NCBI RefSeq assembly: GCF_009914755.1
Contig: NC_060939.1
Direction: 5' to 3' (one strand)
Source of the DNA: the human T2T-CHM13v2.0 reference genome, Homo sapiens
Length of the DNA: 64,000 nt
Shown: positions 42,735 to 64,000 of the stretch, piece by piece
Position numbering within the stretch: position 1 is the stretch's first letter
Layout: every line of letters starts with the position of its first letter
The notes under the pieces: generated by a model
The model's database searches: none
Told to the model about the DNA's origin: nothing
The model's input: only the letters and a program-made list of their open reading frames with translations
Translations under genes and position numbers: made by a program

Positions 42735-45556
<2,822 letters not shown>

Positions 45557-45598
45557 TGTATCCTCTTTTTAAAAGCCATTCTAGTAGGTATCCTGTGG

Positions 45599-45925
45599 CA
45601 GTCATCTTTCCATATTCCTGGGGACTGATTCCAGGACTCCTGAAAATAGGAAACCCCGGGCATGCTCAAGTCCCTGATATAAAATAGTGCAGCGTTTGCA
45701 TATAACCCAGGCACATAACCCGCTCTACTTTAATTTATCTCTAGATTACTTATGATCCCTAATATAATTTAAATGCTATGTAAATCGTTGTTATGCTGTA
45801 TTGTTTTTATTTGTATTGTTTTTATTGTTGTATTGTTATTTTTTTCAATATTTTTTATCTGTGTGTTCACTGTGCAGTTGGTTGAATCCGTGGATGTGGA
45901 ACCCGTAGATACCGAGGGCTGACTG
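45599..45925. mobile_element. MER2-like TcMar-Tigger DNA transposon
   Basis: CAGTC...GACTG termini followed by TA; about 330 bp; CCGAGGGCTGACTGTA end. Confidence 0.75.
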
Positions 45926-45929
45926 TATT

Positions 45930-48120
<2,191 letters not shown>

Positions 48121-49867
48121 CTGAGGGTCCCGGAAATTTTCTGGAAGTTGCGGCTCCACCCTCAGCTCTCAGCAACCCCTGCTCGCCTGCACTACCTAGG
48201 GGATGCGTGGTCTTGCCCTCCTCCTGGTGGTAAATGTCTCTGTGTGCTCTTGCCCGCCCCCTGGTGGTAAATGCCGTTGCTGCTACTCTTGGTTGGGCTA
48301 GTAGTGGAGGCAGTTTGTGGACGTGTGTTAAAGGGTTTCCGGACGGTGGGATGTTGCTCCATTCTCCTGGCCCAGCCTCCGCAGAGCCTGTGTACTAGGG
48401 TCTCAGAAGGTGGAGTCTTCGAAGTGCTCCTGTCCCTCCTGTCGTGCCTTCTATCTCCTGTGGGTTTAACACAGGAGAGTGCGTCCTGCGCCTCCCACAG
48501 GGGCAAGTGGTGTTTACTTTGATCCTGCCCCAGAAGCAGTGGATCTTCGTTTCTGCCTCTCCCGCAGCAGCCCTGGGGCCAGAGAGTGCAGCCTCCCACG
48601 TGGTTTTGCCCAGAGAGAATCGTCCTGGGGAAGCAGGTGGGGGTCGCTGCACAGCAGTCAATCACCGCTTGAGTGCTTGTGCCACCAGCAAGGGGGAGGG
48701 GTCTCTCCCGGCTCCCCCTCTGCCTCCAGTCTTTTTCCTGCAGTGAAGGCCTGTGCAAAAAGCTCAGAAGGCAGGGCAGACTCCCTCCTGCCCACCACAT
48801 GCTCTGCCCAAGACAGTTGGTCTTGCCTTTCCTTGGAGGGGCTTGTCACTCTTTGGAATTCAGTTCTCTTGGTTGCCTGCCACCTCAGCTATCTGACTGG
48901 TTTAAGAAATTATGGTTTTGCAAATTATCTGGTGTTTTGTTATTGTTAGAGTCGGGGGGCGGGGTGGTTCATTCCTGTACTCCCAGCACTTTCGGGGGTG
49001 AGGTGGGTGGACCCTTTGAGCCCTGGAGTTCAAGACCAGCCAGCCTGAGCAACATGGGGAAACCCTGTCTCTACAAAAAAAAAAAAAAAAAAAAAAAAAA
49101 AATTAGCCAGACATGGCGACAGGAGCCTGTAGTCCCAGCTACTCAGGAGGCTGAGGTGGGATGATCACTGGAGCCCCCCCAGAAAAGAATGGGAATGATG
49201 TTCCCTTGTGGTTTTTCTATATCCTAAGAGGAAATAAAACACTCTTCTCTTTCACTTTTAACATATGCAAATGAGTGACTCTAAATGCCTTCTAGGGCAA
49301 TGTCTCATGGCTTACAGTGCCTCGTGGTTTTTCTCATTTCTTTCATGATTGCAGCTGTATTTGCTACCACTTGTGCAGCTGACATTTACCAAGCCCTTAC
49401 TGTGTTCCAGCATGCTTTCATTTAGAACCATCCCTGACTCCTCTTTTCTCTTAAACCCACGTTCAATTTGTCAGATAATCCTGTTGGCCCCATGTTCAAA
49501 ATATAACCAGTTCCTTTCAAAAATAAAAATGGACTTATCATAAAACCCGGCAATTGCACTGTCATGCATTTTTCCCAGAGAAATGAAAACTTATTTTCAT
49601 GGTGGAACTTGTACACAAATGTTCATAGAAGCTTTATTTATAATAGCCCTAAACCAGAAAATACTCACAAACTATGGTATATTCATACCACAGGATACTA
49701 TTCTGCTGTAGAAGGAATGAACTATTGGTACAAGCAACAACTTGGATGAACTTTTGCTGAGTGAAAAAGCCAGCCTCAAAAGGATACATCACTGCATGAT
49801 TCTATTTACACGGCAAATAATATAATTAGAGAGGGAATAGACTAGTGGTTGTCAGGAGTTAGGAATG

Positions 49868-50179
49868 TGTATTAGTCCGTTCTCCTCTTTCTATAAAGAA
49901 ATACCTGAGACTGGGTAATTTATAAAGACAAAAGGTTTAATTGGCTCATGGTTCTGCAGTCTGTACAGGAAGCGTGGTGGCTTCAGCTTCTGGGGAGGCC
50001 TCAGGGAACTTACAACCATGGGGAGGGCAAAGGAGGAGGCAGGCACCACTTACATGGCCAGAGCAGGAGGAAAAGAGATGGGAGGTGCTACACACTTTTG
50101 AACAACTAGATCTCATGGTGCTAATCCATTCATGAGAACTCCACCCGGTTTGGTGGGGACCCAGATCAGTACCATATCA
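49868..50179. mobile_element. MST-type MaLR LTR (internally deleted) inside an L1 3' fragment
   Basis: TGTATTAGTCCGTTCTC...CTGAGACTGGGTAATTTATAAAG...ACCATATCA. Confidence 0.75.
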
Positions 50180-50316
50180 GAAGGGAGGGGAGGGTGTGGC
50201 TGTAAAGGGGTTACACGAGAGGCTTTGTGGTGATGGTACAGTTGAGCACCTCGGTCATTCTGGTGGCTACTCCAGGCTACACATAGGGCAAATTTACATA
50301 GAGCTACTTTGTGGTT

Positions 50317-52075
<1,759 letters not shown>

Positions 52076-52395
52076 TGATTTCCCATTTCCTACAGGCACA
52101 CACAAACACACACACAAATGGGTGCGTGCATAACTGGTTAGATCTGAATAAACTCAATGGATTGTGCCGATGTTCCATTTCTTCGTTTTGATACTGTACT
52201 CTGGTTATGTGAGTTGTTCGCATGAGAGGTAGGGAACATGGGACTTCTCTCTACATTCCTTTGTGACCTTCTGTGACCCTACAATTATTTCAAAATTAAC
52301 AACTTAGAATACAAATAACCAGAGTCCACCTCCCGCCCTGCTACCAGCCTGGTCCACACCACTCTCTTTTCTTGCCTGGATTATTGCAACAGCCG

Positions 52396-52436
<41 letters not shown>

Positions 52437-53299
52437 AGATGGAGTCTTGGAACAGTTTCTTAATGGGTCTGCTTTTACATACAATCTATTCTCAATAAAG
52501 CAGCTTCGTAAGACAGATCCTACCATTTGTAGAAATAAACAAAAACCATTCAGAGCTTGCTGTAGCAAGGTTGTCAGCCAGCATCACTTGCATTTTTGTA
52601 GGGACTCAAAATCAGGCTGAGCCTTATTGTCGGTGGGCCGGGGGTAGGGGTGCGGGAAAGGAGGTGGGGGAAGGCTTGGGGTGTGCCCTGATTGGAGGCT
52701 ATTGGCCTGGAGAAGCTGGGTGGGATAATTTGGAGGGGATTCTGAGATTGGCTGGGGAGGGGTGGGTGCATATTTGGCTTTCTCTTGCTGGCCCTAAGTT
52801 GGAAGCTGGGACAAAAATTAGGGAAGCTGCCAGTTTTTAATCAAGTCCTGGCCTTTCGGGGCTGATTGTTAGAGAAGTTATTGTTTTGCTTCCTGGATGG
52901 CTACTGGAGATAGTGATCTGGCTTCCTTCATGTCTGACTTATAGCAGACTGGCATCCTGGGCTGTGGATTCCAGATGAGGGGGTTGGTTTCCTGGGCAGC
53001 TTGCTGCAGGTTAGGCTCAGAGTTCTAGTTTCCACAGGGTCTGGCCATGGTGCACGTGTATGTTCAGTCCCTCATGTTCCTCTGCTTAGAACCCTGCAGG
53101 GGCTCCCACTGAACACAGCCCTTCCTGTGGCCTACCAGGCCCTACATGAGCTGGCCCCATTTCCCCTCTGGCCTGGTCTTCTGCCACTCTCCTCCCTCTC
53201 TCCATCCCAGCCACAATGGCCTCCTTGCTGTTCTAGAACATGCCAGGCCCTCTCCCAAGGCATTCATGGCCTTCTAACATACTGTATGCCTTTCTTATT

Positions 53300-53577
<278 letters not shown>

Positions 53578-54183
53578 TGATTTTTAATGCTTATTGCTTA
53601 TGTCTAGCTCTCACAACTAGAATGTAAATTCCACAAGGACAGGGTTCTTGGTGGGTTTGTTCCCTACTATATCCTTGGCACCTAGAACATTGCCTTGCCC
53701 AGCACATAGTGAGTGCCCAATAAAAAATGTTTGAGTGAATCAATGAGTTTGTGCGTACATGTGTGCAGATACATTTACTAACATCTACTACTTCTAATTA
53801 GGTGCTCAGTGTTTACTAGACACTATGCTAAGTGCTTTCATCTAGTATCTAATTTTTATTCTTCATAGCTTTCCTATGGGTAGGTGACATCAGGCCACTT
53901 ATCTTTCAGGTAAAGTGGTCTCAGAGGACATGCTGAAAGCCCATGAGCTTCTCAGGGACCTAAATAAATGTTTAAAACCTGAGAAAAGTCTTGGCTCCAA
54001 AATGTAAAAACTACAGAATCATCCAAATTAATAAATGTTTAATCAAATGTCTACAAAGTGTCATCGATTGTTAATTTATGTCATTAATTCTCTATTGGCC
54101 TCTTTAATTATTAAATGCAGTGTTCATAAGAATTTCATTACTTTTGAAAAGAATTTGTAGACTAGATGTTAACTCTTGGAGCA

Positions 54184-55871
<1,688 letters not shown>

Positions 55872-56923
55872 TACTTTAAGAATGCAAATGAATACCCAGG
55901 GAGGGCTGAGAACGCGTAGGTAATTACACCATAAATGAATTACTCTTAGCCAAGTAATTTCCAAGGCAAACATACAAAAATCACCTCGTGTTACCTGACA
56001 GTGCTATGTTATATTTAACGTAAGAAATCTGTGTATTTTAATATTTAATAAGGTGTGGGAAGGAACTTCCAAAGGTAATAGCATCTGGTCCTAGCAAGGT
56101 CTTAAAACGCCGTTTGATTTCAGAATGCCTCATTTTGTAGATTTAATCCAGAATCTGCAGTTTCTGGCGACGCAGTAGTCCGTCTCCCCCAGTTTCTCCT
56201 GGCCAAAGCCTCCCACCTTCCTCTCTACCCCCACAACCCTGTCAAGCGCACCTGGACCAGGTACAACAGGGGTGTGTGTGTGAGTGTGAGTGTGTGTGTG
56301 AATGCATTTGGGAAAGGCTAGGCAGGGTGAATATTCCCTAGACCCCGCTCTTCACCGTCACTCTACTACAGCAGCTCACTGCCCTGCCCCGCCCCTCCCC
56401 GGCCCTGGAAAGCAGCCTCTGGAAAGAGGAAACCAGCTATCTCCCGTGTTGCCACAAGATGGCACCACAAGCTCGGGACTGGCTTTCTTTGCGTTCCCGT
56501 CAGAAAAAAACGAGAGCTCTGACCTAGGAGCCGAGGCTCCCAGGGAGACCTCTGGACGCCACTCCCCGGGCTGCTTCTCCTCCTCGGGGTGACTCGGGCC
56601 CTCTGGAGTGACCTGCATAGCTTTGTGGTTCGGGCTCCCATGGGGCCCAGAAGCCAGCATGGAGACTTAGGGCTTCTCTTGGGCCACTTTTCTCCTCATA
56701 CCCAGCATGCAGACCAAGGTTGGGGATGAATTCTGAACGTGGGGCAGAGTCCCTGTCCCCAGAGCAACTCTGAGAGCACCTTGCCCTTCTTCCCAGGGCA
56801 CAGGCACCAGCCTTCCTCCCCAGCTCAGTCCCTGCTTCTTTCTAAGACAGGTTCTTGCTCTGTCGCCCAGGCTGGAGTGCAGTGGTGCAATTATGGCTCA
56901 CTGCAGCCTCGACCTCCTCCTGG

Positions 56924-58339
56924 TGAGAGGTGACAGCGCGCCTGCAGCCCTCGCTCTCGGCGCCTCCTCGGCCTTGGTGCCCACTCTGGCCGCGCTTGAG
57001 GAGCCCTTCAGCCCACTGCTGCACTGTGGGAGCCCCTTTCTGGGCTGGCCAAGGCTGGAGCCGGCTCCCTTAGCTTGCGGGGAGGTGTGGAGGGAGAGCC
57101 GCGGGCGGGAACCGGGGCTGCGCGCGGCACTTGCTGGCCAGCGCGAGTTCCGGGTGGGCGTGGGCTCCGCGGGCCCCGCACTCGGTGCGGCCGGCCGGCC
57201 GGCCCGCAAGCCCCGGGCAGTGAGGGTCTTAGCACCTGGGCCAGCAGCTGCTGTGCTCGATTTCTCGCCAGGCCTTAGCTGCCTTCCCGCGGGGCAGGGC
57301 TCAAGACCTGCAGCCCGCCATGCCTGAGCCTCCCCCCAGCTCCGTGGGCTCCTGTGCGGCCCAAGCCTCCGCGATGAGCGCCGCCCCCTGCTCCATGGAG
57401 CCCAATCCCATCGACCACCCAAGAACTGAGGAGTGCAGGCACACGGCGCGGGACTGGCAGGCAGTTCCACCTGCAGCCCCCGTGTGGGATCCACTGGGTG
57501 AAGCCAGCTGGGCTCCTGAGTCTGTTGGGGACTTGGAGAACCTTTATGTCTAGCTAAGGGATTGTAAATACACCAATCGGCACTCTGTATCTAGCTCAAG
57601 GTTTGTAAACACACCAATCAGCACCCTGTGTCTAGCTCAGGGTTTGTGAATGCACCAATTGACACTCTGTATCTACCTACTCTGCTGGGGACTTGGAGAA
57701 CTTTTGTGTCTACACTCTGTATCTAACTAATCTAGTGGGGACATGGAGAACTTTCGTGCCTAGCTCAGGGATTGTAAACGCACCAATCAGCACCCTGTCA
57801 AAATGGACCAATCAGCTCTCTGTAAAATGGGCCAATCGGCTCTCTGTAAAATGGACCAATCAGCAGGATGTGGGTGGGGCCAGATAAGAGAATAAAAGCA
57901 GGCTTGCCCAAGCTGGCAGTGACAACTCGCTGAGGCCCAGTTTACGTTGGCGAAGCTTTGTTCTTTCACTCTTTGCGATAAATCTTGTTGTTGTTCACCG
58001 TTTGGGTCCGCGCTGCCTTTATGAGCCGTAACACTCAACCGCGAAAGTCTGTAGCTTCACTCCTGAAGCTAGCGAGACCACGAACCCACCGGGAAGAAGA
58101 AAAAACTCCAGACGCACCGCCTTCAGAGCTGTAACACTCACTGGGAAGGTCTGTGGTTTCAGTCCTGAGCCCGTGAGACCACAAACCGACCAGTGGGAAG
58201 AAATTCCGCACACATCTGAACATCAAAAGTAACAGACTCTGGATAGGCCGCGTTTAAAAACTATAACACTTACCACGAGCATCCGTGGCTTCATTCTTGA
58301 AGTTAGTGAGACCGAGAACCCATCAATTCCCGAAACACA
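56924..58339 (+). mobile_element. Solo LTR12 (ERV9, LTR12C-like), 1416 bp, inserted into an antisense Alu (56841-56923 and 58340-58543)
   Basis: Starts TGAGAGGTGACAGC and ends AATTCCCGAAACACA; CpG-rich U3; tandem CACCAATC/GACCAATC repeats; 4-bp TSD CTGG. Confidence 0.92.
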
Positions 58340-58724
58340 CTGGGCGCAAATCTTCCCTTCTCAGTTTTCCAAGTAGCTGGGACTACAGGCGCCAACCACC
58401 ATGCCTGGCTAATTTTTTTTGTATTTTTAGTAGAGATGGGGTTTCACTGTGTTAACCAAGATGGTCTCAATCTGACCTCGTGATTCACCCGCCTCGGATT
58501 CCCAAAGTGCTGGGCTTACAGGTGTGAGCCCGCACACCTGGCCACCAGTTATTTTTCAATTGTTCTGTTTCCCTGTTCTTGCCTTACTAAGAAAGTAATT
58601 TTGAAATGACCGATCCGTTCTTTGTTTTTTGTTTCTGGTTTCTTCAGCTTATTCTGTCTGTAAAACCTGCGTCCTCTGCTCCGCTCCATGAAGACGCTCA
58701 TTCTGTTTTATAGAAGTTAGTAAG

Positions 58725-59922
58725 TGTGATATATCTATTCTTTGTTTTTGTCTATAGTTCCTGGCTGACAGCCCATATAACCATTGTAATTTCCTAGGAG
58801 ACTAGAGTGTGATAAGAGTATCTTTCCTTAAAATATTTGGCCTTTCATCCTTTGTTCTTGAAACAGCTCTGGAGCAGCTCCAGAGTAAGCATAAAGGTGA
58901 AAGATGGGCCGGGCGGAGTGGCTCACGTTTGTAATCCCGGCACTTTGGGAGGCCAAGGTGGCAGATAACGAGGTCAGGAGTTCGAGACCAGCCTGACCAA
59001 CATGGTGAAACCCTGTCTCTACTAAAAATACAAAAATTAGGTGGGCATGGTGGTGCATACCTGTAATCCCAGCTGCTCAGGAGGCTGAGGAGGAGAATTG
59101 CATGAACTCGGGAGGCAGAGGTTGCAGTGAGCTGAGATCGCCACTGCACTCCAGCCTGGGCAACAGAGCGAAACTCCATCTCAAAAAAAAAAAAAAAAAA
59201 GTGAAAGTCGGGCTTGTTGTTTGGAGCCACAACTGAGCTTAACGTTTATAACCACAGGATGGATGGCTGCTTGCCAGGGGATCCAACCGTCTGCTCAGAG
59301 CCCCACCCTCCACATTCGGGGAGGAGAGAGGAACCGAAGGTTGATCACCAATGGCCAGTGATGTAATTGATCATGCCTACATAATGAAATCGCCATAAAA
59401 ACCCGTAACGACTGAGTTCAGGGGTTTCCCAGGAAGGTGGTCTTGTATGGAAGATTTTGTATTCGGGGATGGAAGCTTTTGTATTTGAGGCCCTTCCAGA
59501 GTGTGCCCCGTTTATGTCTTCATCTGGCTTTTCATTTGTATCCTTTAAAATATGCTTTATGATAAACTGCTAAACGTAAGCAAATGCTTCCCTGCATTCT
59601 GTGAGGTGCTCTAGCAAATTAATCAAACCCAAGAAGAGGGTCATGAGAATCCTGATTTATAGCCAGTTGGCCAGAAGTACAGGTAATACAACCTGGGGCT
59701 TGTAATTGGCACTGGAAGTGGGGGACGGTCTTGTGGGACTGGGATCTGACGCTATCTCCAGGTAGATAGTGTTGGAATTGAATTAAGAACACCCAGCTGG
59801 TGGCCACTGCAGAACTGGCTCCTTGCTTGATATGGGGGGGTGGGGGAACCCCACACATGTGGTATCAGAAGTGTGTTTCTGGAGTATAGTAGGAGAAATT
59901 GAGTTTGTTTTCTGCTCATACA
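58725..59922 (+). mobile_element. MER21-like LTR with nested Alu (58907-59200)
   Basis: TTCTGTGAGGTGCTCTAGCAAATTAATCAAACCC and GAATTGAATT motifs; TSD-like AAAGGTGAAAG/AAAAGTGAAAG around the Alu. Confidence 0.65.
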
Positions 59923-59924
59923 CA

Positions 59925-64000
<4,076 letters not shown>

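Noticed and set aside
48192-49164. Overlapping 150-200 aa ORFs
   Set aside because: Lie in repeat-like sequence and run into an Alu; no coding signature
56893-57553. GC-rich ORFs and an apparent second CpG island
   Set aside because: Explained by the LTR12 U3 region

Overview
Primate, almost certainly human, genomic DNA containing the complete LOXL1 (lysyl oxidase-like 1) gene on the + strand. Seven exons with canonical GT-AG junctions (CDS 10130-11231, 26200-26308, 29763-29900, 30413-30569, 31153-31248, 32805-32920, 35177-35183) give 1725 nt = 574 aa + stop. There is a CpG-island promoter/exon 1 and a polyA signal at 35463. The haplotype encodes Leu141/Gly153. The antisense lncRNA LOXL1-AS1 is expected on the - strand over roughly 0.8-11.6 kb; this rests on recalled annotation plus candidate splice and polyA signals. 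The flanks (0-5.5 kb, 41-64 kb) are dense in Alu, L1, L2, LTR (MER41, MER4, MER21, MST, LTR12) and DNA-transposon remnants. Nearly all other ORFs in the track are Alu-derived or GC-rich shadow frames. I see no new protein-coding system. The best leads are regulatory: an ATF4-like three-uAUG leader with a strong out-of-frame overlapping uORF, an L2-derived poison exon in intron 1, two related 24-bp nuclear-receptor-half-site arrays that bracket catalytic exons 2-6, and a MER41 LTR with an intact GAS motif upstream. Repeat subfamily names come from recognition by eye, and repeat boundaries are approximate.
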